Source of the DNA: Terriglobia bacterium
Lineage (GTDB): Bacteria; Acidobacteriota; Terriglobia; 2-12-FULL-54-10
DNA length: 64,000 nucleotides
Direction: 5' to 3'
Assembly (NCBI GenBank): GCA_963666975.2
Contig: CAXVYR010000003.1
Coordinates: forward strand, 384,001-448,000
The stretch's first letter is position 1. Every line of letters begins with the position of its first letter. The translations under genes were made by a program, and so were the position numbers. Below are positions 1-10,203 of this stretch, piece after piece. A model generated the notes under the pieces. That model was not told where the DNA came from and searched no databases. It saw only the letters and a program-made list of their open reading frames with translations.

Positions 1-193
1 CGATCTCAAGCAAACTGGAGGCCGAGGGGCGGCAAATCAAAAAAGCGGTGAGCGAGGCTCAGCCTGTCTCCGTAGATAGGGAAGTAGCAACGTGGCTGGT
101 CATGGCAACAAGCGTATGAACTCGCTAAAGATATGAGATCGAGGAGGCGCTGTTCCATTCGCATGGAACCTGGCAGGTTCGTTTCAGAGACTT

Positions 194-757
194 CTATTGT
201 TCGAGCGCAGCTTCTACCTGTTGCGCGAATTGGAGCATCGCGAACGGTTTGTAGACGTAAGAGCACCCGCTGCTTTCCAGGAACTTCTTTACCGCATCGC
301 TCTTGTCGGCAGTCAGAAAAATAATTTGGCGCGAGGCCAGCAAGTCATTCTCCCGGACATGCCGAAAGAGTTGCTCGCCGCTGATTTCCGGCATCTGGAT
401 ATCACAAATGACGAGATGGAACTTCATTGCGGCGAGTTTCGCGAGGGCTTCCTTGCCGTCGCCCGCCGTTTCAATGTGAACGTTTTCCGCCTCCAGCACT
501 TTCTCCAGTAGCTGCAGGGTCAAATCATCGTCATCGACCAAAAGGATATTTTTTGTTTCGGCGTCGTCTGCGGACTCCTCCGGGGTAAGCTTCAGGGGCT
601 CTGCAGCCTTCCAGAGGCTCTGGGCCCTGCAATAGTTGCAGTAGAATGGCTGCGGCTTATCCTCAGCCAATTTTCCAAGCTGTTCGGAAGTCAGGCTGAA
701 TTGTTTGCGCGTGCCGCAGTTGACACAAGATAGCATCACCTGTTTCAGTTGCAGCAT
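194..757 (-). CDS. Response regulator receiver protein with N-terminal CxxC...CxxC (zinc-ribbon-like) segment
   Basis: CVNC and CNYC, then receiver motifs ILLVDDD, VICDIQMP, LTAD, YKPF; GGGAGGA SD upstream of the ATG at 757. Confidence 0.85.
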   Translation of the reverse strand: MLQLKQVMLSCVNCGTRKQFSLTSEQLGKLAEDKPQPFYCNYCRAQSLWKAAEPLKLTPEESADDAETKNILLVDDDDLTLQLLEKVLEAENVHIETAGDGKEALAKLAAMKFHLVICDIQMPEISGEQLFRHVRENDLLASRQIIFLTADKSDAVKKFLESSGCSYVYKPFAMLQFAQQVEAALEQ

Positions 758-943
758 GGGTAGTCCTCCCGGCAGAGACAACAGTATACAGTATATCCGC
801 TCAGCATTCCATAGTCCTGACTAGTTTTTCCATAATGATGTTATCGGGAATAGTTCACTTCGGTGATTGACGGAAAGTTTTCTGCGCAAATCTTGTACAG
901 GACAGGGAGTTCTTCGGGCAGCCAAGACAATTAGGATAGAGGG

Positions 944-2464
944 TCACCTCTTCAGGCGAAGGCCCTTCGGGACCAGCACCCGCTCTATCAACTCGAACAG
1001 TCCCTGTACCACAAGGGCCAGCGCTGCCGCGGGCACGGCGCCCTCAAGGATCAGCCCGATATCGTCCCGCCGGATGCCGGTCAGAATCGGCTGGCCGTAA
1101 CCGCCCGCCCCGATCAGCGCGCCGAGCGTGGCGGTCCCCACGTTGATTACCGCTGATATCTTAATCCCTGCCAGGATCGCGCGGGAGGCCATCGGCAGAT
1201 CCACCAAACGAAGGGTCGCGCCCGACGGCAGCCCCAGCGCTGCCGCTGATTCCCGGATGCCGGGCGGAATATCGTGCAGCCCCGTGTATGTGTTCCGCAC
1301 GATTGGAAGCAGGCTGTAAAGGAACACCGCCATAATGGCCGGCGGCTCGCCGATGCCGAGCAGCGGAATCATAAACACAAGCAATGCCAGGGAGGGAATC
1401 GTCTGGATGACACCCGTCGTTCCCAGGATCACCTGCCCGATCCGCGGCTGCCGTGCCGACAGAATGCCCAGCGGCACCGCAATCAGGATTGCCGCCATCA
1501 GTGAGATCGACACCAAATACAGGTGGGCACGGGTGTTTCGCAGAAGGCGCCCGACAGCGCTTTCTACTTCCACCTGGGGGTCGTCGATGATCTGCTTCGC
1601 AACCAGGAAATCGGCGGAGACGACGCTTTCCTCCATTCCATCCAGCTTGGCGCGCGAATTCATCGCCACCATTTCCGCCTCGGAGATGAGCCCCTCCATC
1701 TGTAACAGAGTTGCCACGACTTCCGGAGCGCGTGCGGCCAAATCATCCCGGTAGAGCAGCACCGCATGATATGTGGGGAAAACGCCGAGGTCGTCCTCGA
1801 GGGTTCGCAGGTTGTAGTACTGAATCTCGGCGTCTGTGGAATAGAGGTCCATTGCATGAATCGAGCCGTCTTCCAGACCTCTGTAGGCCAGGTCGTGATT
1901 CAGTCCGCGCACGTCCTGCTGCGGCAGGTTGTAGCGTGCTCGGAGCATTGGCCAGCCGTCGCCGCGGTCCATGAACTCGTTGTTGAAGCCGAATTTCAGA
2001 TCCGGGTGGCGACGCAGGTCGGAGATGGTCCGGATTCCCAGCCGTTCGGCGACCTCCTCTTTCATGCCGATGACGTAGGTATTGTTGAAGCCCAGGATTT
2101 GGCTCATCCGGATGCCACGCTCCGCCAGCGCCTGCCGAATGGCCTCCTCTCCGCTCACGCCGCTGCCTGCCAGGATTTCCTGGCTGAGCGTGCCGGTGTA
2201 TTCCGGATAAACGTCAATATCGCCCCGCAGCAGCGCGCTCCAAAGCACCTGAGTGCCGCCCAGCTCGCTCCGATGCAGCGTCCGTGCTCCCGCGCTCTGC
2301 GCCAGATGAACAGCCATCTCTCCCAGGATCACCGATTCTGTAAATATCTTCGAGCCGAATGTGATTTCCCTTTCCGCAGAGGCCTGCTGGGCAAACCCGG
2401 CGACGGGCGATAGCAACGTCACCGCTGCTGCCAACAAGGCTGGAAGTATATGAAGTGCCCTCAT
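944..2464 (-). CDS. Glycine betaine/choline-type ABC transporter, fused substrate-binding and permease protein
   Basis: Signal peptide, GSKIFTES and YPEYTGT (OpuAC/OsmF-like), C-terminal TM domain with EAA-like ESAAALG motif; ATGA overlap with the upstream ATPase. Confidence 0.9.
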   Translation of the reverse strand: MRALHILPALLAAAVTLLSPVAGFAQQASAEREITFGSKIFTESVILGEMAVHLAQSAGARTLHRSELGGTQVLWSALLRGDIDVYPEYTGTLSQEILAGSGVSGEEAIRQALAERGIRMSQILGFNNTYVIGMKEEVAERLGIRTISDLRRHPDLKFGFNNEFMDRGDGWPMLRARYNLPQQDVRGLNHDLAYRGLEDGSIHAMDLYSTDAEIQYYNLRTLEDDLGVFPTYHAVLLYRDDLAARAPEVVATLLQMEGLISEAEMVAMNSRAKLDGMEESVVSADFLVAKQIIDDPQVEVESAVGRLLRNTRAHLYLVSISLMAAILIAVPLGILSARQPRIGQVILGTTGVIQTIPSLALLVFMIPLLGIGEPPAIMAVFLYSLLPIVRNTYTGLHDIPPGIRESAAALGLPSGATLRLVDLPMASRAILAGIKISAVINVGTATLGALIGAGGYGQPILTGIRRDDIGLILEGAVPAAALALVVQGLFELIERVLVPKGLRLKR

Positions 2465-3213
2465 ACGGAATCTCCCCGCAAAGACTCCAGCGGACTGCGC
2501 TGTGCGTTGATGAACTGCTGGACGAACGGGGTGGCGGGCGACTGGACCATCTCCTTCAGGGTGCCTTGCTGGACGATTTGGCCGTCGCGCAGCAGCACGA
2601 TGGTGTCGCCGAAAAATCCAGCCTCGCCCATGTCGTGGGTCACCATCACCACCGTCTTGCCCAGCGTCTGGAAAATCTTCCGGAGGTCGGCTTGCAATTC
2701 GGAGCGAATCATGGGGTCCAGCGCGCCCAGCGGTTCGTCCAGCAAGAGCACGTCCGGGTCCAGCATCAGAGCACGCATCAGGGCCACGCGTTGTCTCTGG
2801 CCGCCGGAGAGCTGCACGGGGTAGCGGTCCAAACCCTCGCGGGGAAACTGCGTCAGCGAGGCAAGCTCGGCCAGGCGCGATTCGACCCTTTCCTGGCTCC
2901 AGCCAAGATAGCGAGCCATGAGGGAGACGTTGCCTCGGGCGTTGAGGTGAGGGAACAGGCCGCCGTCCTGGATCACATATCCCATGCGCCGCCGCAGGAG
3001 CAGGGCATTGGTGGGCGTGACCTCGGTGCCCTCGAAACGAACCGTCCCGCTATCGGGCCATATGAGACCCATCATCGTCCGTATCAGAGTGGACTTCCCG
3101 CAGCCGCTCGGGCCGATCAGCACCGTGGTCCGGCCCTGATCGACCGTCATGTCGATAGGCTGCAAGACTTGCGTTCCGTCGTAGGTTTTGGAGACAGCGG
3201 TTAATTCCAGCAT
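2461..3213 (-). CDS. ABC transporter ATP-binding subunit (OpuBA/ProV-like)
   Basis: Walker A GPSGCGKS, signature LSGGQ, Walker B LLLDEP, H-loop. Confidence 0.93.
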   Translation of the reverse strand: MLELTAVSKTYDGTQVLQPIDMTVDQGRTTVLIGPSGCGKSTLIRTMMGLIWPDSGTVRFEGTEVTPTNALLLRRRMGYVIQDGGLFPHLNARGNVSLMARYLGWSQERVESRLAELASLTQFPREGLDRYPVQLSGGQRQRVALMRALMLDPDVLLLDEPLGALDPMIRSELQADLRKIFQTLGKTVVMVTHDMGEAGFFGDTIVLLRDGQIVQQGTLKEMVQSPATPFVQQFINAQRSPLESLRGDSV

Positions 3214-3224
3214 TGTTTGCTCTC

Positions 3225-3383
3225 TATACCGTTTTCACAAATGGTGTAGACTCGCACGGTCCGAAATCAGAGCCGCGACTGTAAAGGAGCGACCACGAAA
3301 CGTTGGTTAGCCGATCATCGCTGGATGGCCGCTCCATAACTGTCGCGGCTCTGACGGTCTACACCATTTGTGAAAACGGTATA
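3225..3383. mobile_element. 159-bp MITE/REPIN-like element (shell A) enclosing a REP doublet
   Basis: 27-bp perfect terminal IR TATACCGTTTTCACAAATGGTGTAGAC; internal inverted pair GAGCCGCGACTGTAAAGGAGCG / CGCTCCATAACTGTCGCGGCTC; second 159-bp copy at 63811-63969. Confidence 0.85.
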
Positions 3384-3468
3384 ACGTCGCCCATCAGCCG
3401 CGCATTTGGAGCGAAGCCAAAGGCGTAGTGGACAATGGGTCGGCTGCATGGGCATGTTATATGGCATT

Positions 3469-4053
3469 TTAATTGATACGCCTATAGATGCTCATAAACG
3501 CGCCACAGGGGCAATTAACAGCCTTAATTAGCTTCAGTTTTGTCGGAACAGTCCCTTGACTAAAAAGGCGTTTTCCAGTGCCAACAACGACGGGAAACGT
3601 CCAAAGCCGGAATTCATCAATCAGCCCTTGAGATAGCAGGGTCTGGATCAGTTGCCAACTGCCATGAACTTGTAGTAGCGGACCGTCTTGTCCCTTGAGC
3701 CGAGAGATCTCTGCTGCAATGTTCCCTGATATTCGTTGAGAGTTTTGCCATTTAAGGTTCTTTGAACTGGACGTCACAACGAATTTTGTAGCAGCGTTGA
3801 GTTTTTCGGCGACCGGATTGTTGACGCTGGAACTGGCAAAACCTGCTTCAAATACATCGTAAGTCGTTCGTCCGAGAAGGAGGTCGTAAGGAGCGGACAT
3901 CGCCTCACGCATTACCTGTTCCATCACCTCGTCCCAGCACTCTCGCGCCCAGCCTCCGTGCATAAATCCGCCCGAAGAATCTTCGCCTGGATCACTTGGC
4001 GCTTGCATCACGCCGTCAAGGGTAAGAAAAGTCAAGATAGCGAGATTTCTCAC
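3469..4053 (-). CDS. Dihydrofolate reductase-family (RibD C-terminal) protein
   Basis: TLDGVMQAP, LLGRTTY, VHGSWQL, IDEFRLWTFPVVVGTGKRLF; GTG start with AAGGAG SD. Confidence 0.9.
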   Translation of the reverse strand: MRNLAILTFLTLDGVMQAPSDPGEDSSGGFMHGGWARECWDEVMEQVMREAMSAPYDLLLGRTTYDVFEAGFASSSVNNPVAEKLNAATKFVVTSSSKNLKWQNSQRISGNIAAEISRLKGQDGPLLQVHGSWQLIQTLLSQGLIDEFRLWTFPVVVGTGKRLFSQGTVPTKLKLIKAVNCPCGAFMSIYRRIN

Positions 4054-4104
4054 AACATTCTCCTTCTTTCTATCAAACTTAATGCTTGGTCACAGCCTTG
4101 CCAT

Positions 4105-5221
4105 ATAAATCTTGTTTAGGCTGACCTGGATAAAACCCTTCCGGTCGGCCTAACGCGAAAACGCTATTGCCTCGTCCCGGCAGTAAACGCCTGCTGTGTA
4201 ACGACTTCCACTGCATGCGGCAATTTGCCTCCGGAATGTTATGCGAACGCCTCGGTCCACAAAATCCTCCGGCTCTCGACCGAGACCCCTTTTTGCAGTC
4301 GGTCAAGAGGACTGTGCACCCCTCGCCCATCGCGGTTCAAAGCGCGAGTATATACCGTCGAGGTATCACCACCAACTCCCAAAGGCACATTCTTAAATTG
4401 CGTGCCAGGTGTCCGATAGATCGTGAGTAATGTTGTTGTGTTTACCGATCCGGCGGTCTGACCATTTCTAAACAGTAGGCCAAGTTTCAAGGGCGGTCTC
4501 CCGGTTAGCCGACTAACCAACCACTAGAGTTCAGCTCAGATGTAGAGAACGCCGGCGGTCCACAAACCCGCTCCTTGACAGTCGCGGCCGGATTCGGACT
4601 GAAAGGGCAATCGAAAGCCGACCAGGAGCAAGCGGGTGGGTGGCTTCTTTGACTGGCGAGTCCTATACACCTTTTGTATCTATCAGCCGCATATGCCGGG
4701 GGTCAAGAACTCAGGGACAGAAAACCAGTTTCACACCCAGTCCAAGGCTGTGATGTAGATTCTTACTGCGGGTGGGTTGGCGCTACTTGCTTGGTCCGTG
4801 CAGTCCCACGCTGCTTGTCTCTGAATGGCGCAACGAGCTACTTCCGTAGATCGAGTTCCACCGCGTCGCAGTAGCCGCTCCATATCACCGCACGGATCTT
4901 GTTTAGGCTGATCAACCACCTGGATAAAACCCTTGCAGGAAGTGCCATTCGGTCGGATGACCTCCCTAGACGTCGTGGCCAGGCGTGTCGAAAACGCTAT
5001 TGAACTGTATTTCGTCCCGGCAGTAAACGTTGCCTGCAGCCCTTCCGGGTTGTGTAACGACTTCCACTGCTTCACCCAAATGTCGCGCAATTTCGCCTCC
5101 GGAATGTTATCTCCGAACGCCTCGCGTTGGCCACAAAATCCTCCCGGTTCCGATCAGCCTCTGCCGACCGAGACTGGTTTCCTTTTTGCAGGTCGGTCAT
5201 CCGCGAGGACTGTGCACCCCG
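4105..5221. other. Garbled duplicated region, probably a chimeric consensus
   Basis: 4108-4320 recurs at 4895-5220 with short inserts matching 7030-7330; 4590-4870 is an indel-riddled copy of 6627-6975. Confidence 0.7.
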
Positions 5222-6626
5222 GAAGGTGTCCCAAACTCAGTTGCAGGTTCGACGGCGGGTTGAGTTCATATTACACTTTCTCCTTGAGGAAGCAGCGTTT
5301 GGACTTCGGCCGAGAATCGAGTGCCAAAGCCCAGAGATCGTGTATAACCCATGATCTTCCGGAAATTCTTCCCAGCAGAAACGCTCCTGCCACCCAGCGC
5401 AACGTCATCTCGCCGTCGCGCCAGCGGCAAACATTGCCAGTCTTTTTCCGCACGCCCGACTGCGGGCTCTCGATGAGGTTCGTGGTTGCCAGGCAGCGGT
5501 GGAGGCTGGGAGGAACGTCGGCTCGATTGATCGTAAAGGTCTCCTCCAACCCTTCGCGCAAGCTGGCGGCTTAAATGCCGGATGATCGCACTCGATCATC
5601 CCAGCGAGCTTCTTTATGCAGGTGTCTTGGGGCAATCGCGTGGCGGCGCGCATCAACCGCACCTGATTCGCCAGCATTGTGTCGCCCTTTGGTAACCGCT
5701 CAGCCACGTTGCGCAGCTTATGGTACGGCAACGCTGCACCAGCTGATTGCTGCCGAATACTTCCTCGATCCCCGCGCGGAGCGCTTTGGCGCCGTCGATC
5801 ACAAACAGATAGCGCTGATCCGTGCGGACCTTCTGGCGCAGGCGGGTGAGAAGGTCTTTCACCGCAGCGGCGTTTTCGGTCGCGCCCAGTTGAATCCCCA
5901 GCACATGCTTGCGGCCCTCGCTGTCCACGCCCACGGCGCTGATGACGTGGTGGGAGCCGAACCGCATTCCGCCAGGTAAATCACCAGAAGACCTCCTCCC
6001 AGCGCCGCGCCAACAGTTCTTCCAGCCGCCGGCTCCTTGCTCGGCCGCTTCCCGGTGAGACTTCGACACCCCAGCGCTGTTGGCCATCTCCGGGATCACC
6101 TCGCGGTAGTTCCGCGTCGAAACCCCTCAACAGTGCCTCGAACATCTCCTCGCCCGTCTTCTCGCTTTTCCGCAGCGCTTCGTAGGCCGGCACCGCTTCT
6201 TCCCCTCCGCCCTTCCGGCGCAGCCGGGGCCGCTCCACCCGCAGCTGGCGATCGGCCAGTTTCACCCTCCCCAATTGCCGGCCATGCCAGCGCACCTCTC
6301 CGCTCGCCTTCCCGGGACTCTTTGGCCCCGCGATTTGTCTGCGCTCATGCTCAGAATCGTTTCAATCAAACCTCGCCCGGCCCGATCAATCACCTCATCC
6401 ACCGCCAGACGCGCCTCCGTGATCAGATCCACCACCGGCAACAGCATCTGTCCGTTGGTTTGGCAAAACTTCTGGATGGTTTCTTCGGCTCCCTTGGAAC
6501 CCAGTTCCAAAACGTGATATTTTCCCTTCATTCGGCGGTTCTCCTTCTATAGGATTTAGGCTTGGCCCGATTCTATTCGATTCGGGCCGAACCGCCGTTC
6601 AACCTTCAACTAGTCGGGACACCCTC
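5222..6626 (-). mobile_element. IS256-family insertion sequence
   Basis: Imperfect terminal IRs GAAGGTGTCCCAAACTCAGTTGCAGGTTCGACGGCGG and (reverse complement) GAGGGTGTCCCGACTAGTTGAAGGTTGAACGGCGG bracket transposase fragments. Confidence 0.85.
5271..6531 (-). pseudogene. IS256 (mutator-type) transposase, multiply frameshifted
   Basis: Fragments in several frames: RVERPRLR, AVGVDSEGRKHVLG, VIDGAKAL, VQRCR/HKLRN, LATTNLIES. Confidence 0.85.
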
Positions 6627-6890
6627 GGATTCGGACTGAAAGGGGAATCGAAAGCCGAGCCAGGAGTGCAAGCGGGTGGGTGGCTTCTTTGACTGGCGAG
6701 TCCTATACACCTTTTGTGAAACCGCTGTAGCAGGCGCTGGCTATCAGCCGCATATGCCGGGGGTCAAGAGCCTATCTCAGGGACAGAAAACCAGTTTCAC
6801 AGTCCCAGTCCAAGGCTGTGATGTAGATTCTTACTGCGGGTGGCACAAAAAATTGGTCTGGTCAATCCGGGCTAAAAGCTACTTCCTTAG

Positions 6891-9323
6891 TTACACGCGT
6901 GCAGTCTGGAGCGCTGCCAGCACGCGCTTGTCTCTGAATGGAACCCGACGGATACGAACGCCGGTCGCGTCGTAGATCGCGTTGGCAACCGCCGCAACCA
7001 TCGGTTTGCATGCCGCCTCGCCCGCTCCATAGGCAGGAAGATCGGGCCGATTCGGATTGGGATCTCCGTTCACCAGCAAGACGTCAATTCTGGCCGGCGT
7101 GTCGGTGTGCTTGAGGGTGGGATGTGAGATCCAATCCACGCTGGTCACCTTCTCGGTGTCGAACTGTACTTCCTCGTGGAGCGCACGGCTCAGGCCGTAG
7201 AGCAGGTTGCCCTCGACGGTGCGGCGCAGCCCTTCCGGGTTGATGACCAATCCGCAGTCGTGCGCGCAGACGAGCCGCTTCACCCAAACGTGGCCGGTTT
7301 CGCGATTCACCTCGACCTCAGCGATCTCCACGACGAGCGTTTGGCTGCGGTAGCAGTACGAGATACCGCGCCCGGTGAGAATGGTTCCCGCGCCGAGCGG
7401 TTTCGGCGATGGACGGGTGTCCCAACCATAAGCCGCTGCTGCCGCCTTGAGGGCGGCGATGGAGCGGGCCCGCTTGTACTGGTTGTCGTCGTCGGTGCTG
7501 GCGGTGAGGAGCCGCAAGCGGAACTCGACCGGGTCGGCGTTCGCCGCCGCCGCCAGCTCATCGATGAACGATTCGCCGGCGAAGGTGATTTGCGGGCCAT
7601 TGGGATCCCGCAAGTTCCCGAGGCGAAGCGGCGTCTCCCAAACGAGGGGCAGTGCCACGACCTCGGTGGTCCGGCGCCGGTGTGGGATGGCGTACATCTC
7701 CGAAGGCGGGGACGCGCCACCGCTGGCAGGCGCGGAGGGCCGCCTTCCCATGAGCTGCGCGATCAGCACGGTATCGGGATCGTTATAACCAATGTGATTA
7801 TAGTCCGCGGTTCGGGCCTTGTATTCCAATGCGATGAGGTTGCCCTGGGCATCCAGCCCTCCGCGCAACTGGAAGGTAAATGCCGGGCCCTTGGTATCCC
7901 AAGCCGTCTCCTCATGCCTCATCCACTGCATGCGAACCGGCCGGCCAAGTTCTTTGGCCAGGAAGGCGGCCTCGAAGCCCGCGTCATCGGCGGCCGTGCG
8001 GCCGTAGAGTTGGGGTCCGTCCTGCCAGATGACGCGCACATGGTCGCGCGGCATCCCAAGAAAATCAGCGACGCCTATTCGCAGACCATAGGCTTTCATG
8101 TCATTGGACCAAATCGTCATCTGACCGTTCGACGGATCGGCCATGGCATGGGCCGGACCGATGGCCGTGTGCCCCTGGAACGGGAAATCGTATTCGGCTT
8201 CGATGACCTTCGCCGCGCCCGCCAGCGCCGCGTCGGGGTCCCCCATCACGTCCGGATCACCGCTTCGGGAGCGTGTGACGGAGGTGGGCGTGGCGTCGCG
8301 CATGTACTTGTACAGGTCCTCCGATGTCGGGAAGGACTGTGTCGCCGGTTTCTCCCACTCGACCTTGAGCTGTCTGGACGCCTTGATCGCCTGCTCTTCC
8401 CGCTCGCATACAACCGCGACGTAGTTGCCACTGCTCACCACCTTGACGAATCCGGGGATGCCTCGGACGGAAGACTCGTCTATGCTGATCAGCTTGGCGC
8501 CAGCCGCCGGCGGCCTCACGTTACGCGCATGAACCATGCCGGGAACCTTGGCGTCCACGGCCCATTTCAAGGAACCGTCCACCTTGGGAGGGATGTCATA
8601 GCGCTGATGCGGCTGGCCGACGATCTTGAGGTCCCCTACCGCCTTCACCTTTGCCACACCGGCGGTAGCATTGATGTTGTTACCCGTCAGCGTGACATTG
8701 AACCGGCTTCCGCCGATCAGTTCTCCGTAGGCGACTTTCTTGGAAGGATCTGCTTGGACGGTGATCACGCCCTCGCTGACGGCGAGTTGATCGACGGGCG
8801 CCCCAAGCCGCGCGGATGCCATCTCCAGCAGGACTCGCCGGGCCTCAGCAGCCACGCGCCGCATGGCCTGGCCATCCCTCTCGATACCATCAGAACCGCC
8901 CGATCCACCCTGATCCACGGTGATATCGGTGCGGCCCATGATGAGGTCGGTTTTGTTGAATGCGATGTCCAGTTCATCGGCCATCATCTGCCGGAAGGCC
9001 GTTCCGGTGCCCTGGCCGCCGTCCGTCTTCCCGACGTAGAAGGTCGCCGTACTGTCTTCATGAATGACGATCCACGAATCAATTTGTCTAAAGTCGGGGT
9101 CGGGATACGGACCCGCAGCCTGGGCCGCCGTGGCGGCTTGGGCGCTTGACGCAGGGCTAAGCAGACTGGCGTTGGCCATCGCCGCGGCGCTGAGGCTTAC
9201 GACGAGCAGGCCCGAGCCCTTGAGGAAGTCCCGGCGGGAGGTGCTCCCGTTCCTTTTCTGCATCTTCTGCATCTTCTCCATCACTTCTTCGACCTGTTTC
9301 GGAATCTTTGTGAAGACTGTCAT
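6891..9323 (-). CDS. Xanthine oxidase-family molybdopterin-binding subunit (isoquinoline 1-oxidoreductase beta-like), Tat-exported
   Basis: SRRDFLK Tat motif, GQGTGT, AHDCGLVINP, C-terminal GAGE; ATG at 9323 overlaps the small-subunit stop (ATGA). Confidence 0.9.
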   Translation of the reverse strand: MTVFTKIPKQVEEVMEKMQKMQKRNGSTSRRDFLKGSGLLVVSLSAAAMANASLLSPASSAQAATAAQAAGPYPDPDFRQIDSWIVIHEDSTATFYVGKTDGGQGTGTAFRQMMADELDIAFNKTDLIMGRTDITVDQGGSGGSDGIERDGQAMRRVAAEARRVLLEMASARLGAPVDQLAVSEGVITVQADPSKKVAYGELIGGSRFNVTLTGNNINATAGVAKVKAVGDLKIVGQPHQRYDIPPKVDGSLKWAVDAKVPGMVHARNVRPPAAGAKLISIDESSVRGIPGFVKVVSSGNYVAVVCEREEQAIKASRQLKVEWEKPATQSFPTSEDLYKYMRDATPTSVTRSRSGDPDVMGDPDAALAGAAKVIEAEYDFPFQGHTAIGPAHAMADPSNGQMTIWSNDMKAYGLRIGVADFLGMPRDHVRVIWQDGPQLYGRTAADDAGFEAAFLAKELGRPVRMQWMRHEETAWDTKGPAFTFQLRGGLDAQGNLIALEYKARTADYNHIGYNDPDTVLIAQLMGRRPSAPASGGASPPSEMYAIPHRRRTTEVVALPLVWETPLRLGNLRDPNGPQITFAGESFIDELAAAANADPVEFRLRLLTASTDDDNQYKRARSIAALKAAAAAYGWDTRPSPKPLGAGTILTGRGISYCYRSQTLVVEIAEVEVNRETGHVWVKRLVCAHDCGLVINPEGLRRTVEGNLLYGLSRALHEEVQFDTEKVTSVDWISHPTLKHTDTPARIDVLLVNGDPNPNRPDLPAYGAGEAACKPMVAAVANAIYDATGVRIRRVPFRDKRVLAALQTARV

Positions 9324-9820
9324 CCCACTACCTCCTTGCCCGAAGCCGATCGGGAAGCCGCTATTACGTTCGCGGCGCGCTTGATGGCGGCCTGGATGCG
9401 GTAATACGTCATGCAGCGGCACAGAGTCCCAGCCATCCCCTCCCGGATCTCCGCATCGGTCGGGTCCGGATTCCGGTCCAGCAGCGCCTTGGTAGTCATG
9501 ATCTGCCCGTTCTGGCAGAAGCCGCACTGCGGGACCTGCTCGTCAATCCAGGCCTGCTGTACGGGATGCAGCTTGCCGTCTTGGGCTAGTCCTTCGAGCG
9601 TGGTGATCTCGGAGCCTTGCACGGTGGAAGTCGGCGTGATGCACGACCGAACCGCCGCGCCCTTTATGATCACCGTGCACGCTCCGCACTGCCCCAGTCC
9701 GCAACCAAACCGCGGACCTTGCAAGTCGAGATCATTGCGCAGGATATAGAGCAGCGGAGTCGAAGGGTCGATATCCAAGGTGTGCGTTCTGCCGTTCACC
9801 TGCAATGTGATGTTGCTCAT
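9320..9820 (-). CDS. (2Fe-2S)-binding small subunit (IorA/CoxS family)
   Basis: GCGLGQCGACTV, QCGFCQNG and LCRC motifs. Confidence 0.95.
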   Translation of the reverse strand: MSNITLQVNGRTHTLDIDPSTPLLYILRNDLDLQGPRFGCGLGQCGACTVIIKGAAVRSCITPTSTVQGSEITTLEGLAQDGKLHPVQQAWIDEQVPQCGFCQNGQIMTTKALLDRNPDPTDAEIREGMAGTLCRCMTYYRIQAAIKRAANVIAASRSASGKEVVG

Positions 9821-10082
9821 TCTCCATTCTCCTTACGAATTGGGTGGCGGGTCGAGTGACAGGGATGATTTCACCCGGCGCCTGAAACTTGACTGTCGGG
9901 CGAATTGCGCACGAAATCGAAACGAGGCCACCCGCATCACTCTCTATCTGTCTCCATCTGTTCCTGTAGGGTAACGTTAATCGATCTGGTCATTGATATT
10001 GGTCACCCAAAAGAGCGGATGACCGACATAACTACTTGATGATAAACTGGGATTTTCATTTTACGCTTCCCCTTAACCAAAA

Positions 10083-10111
10083 AATCTATGCCTCCTGTCC
10101 TGCCGAGTCAA
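10083..10111 (-). promoter_or_regulatory. Putative sigma70 promoter for the molybdoenzyme operon
   Basis: TTGACT-17 nt-TAGATT on the minus strand, ~260 nt upstream of the 2Fe-2S ATG. Confidence 0.5.
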
Positions 10112-10203
10112 GCGCAAATCGTCCGGGCTCCGCCTCTTTGCGGTAGTAGTGCGGCTCGTTTCGTCAGTGCTTCCTCAATCCAGTGTTGTAGGCCGCCGGT
10201 GAG

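Noticed and set aside
4108-5220. Diverged repeat pair considered as a diversity-generating retroelement TR/VR
   Set aside because: Differences are indels rather than adenine-specific substitutions, and no reverse transcriptase is present.
6841-6857. TGGCAC…TTGG considered as a sigma54 promoter
   Set aside because: Lacks the GC at -12 with correct spacing and points into a convergent gene end.
7176-9149. Long antisense ORFs (also 22147-24339, 35972-37456, 47534-48841, 49411-50859)
   Set aside because: Shadow frames of GC-rich genes that have strong motif support on the opposite strand.
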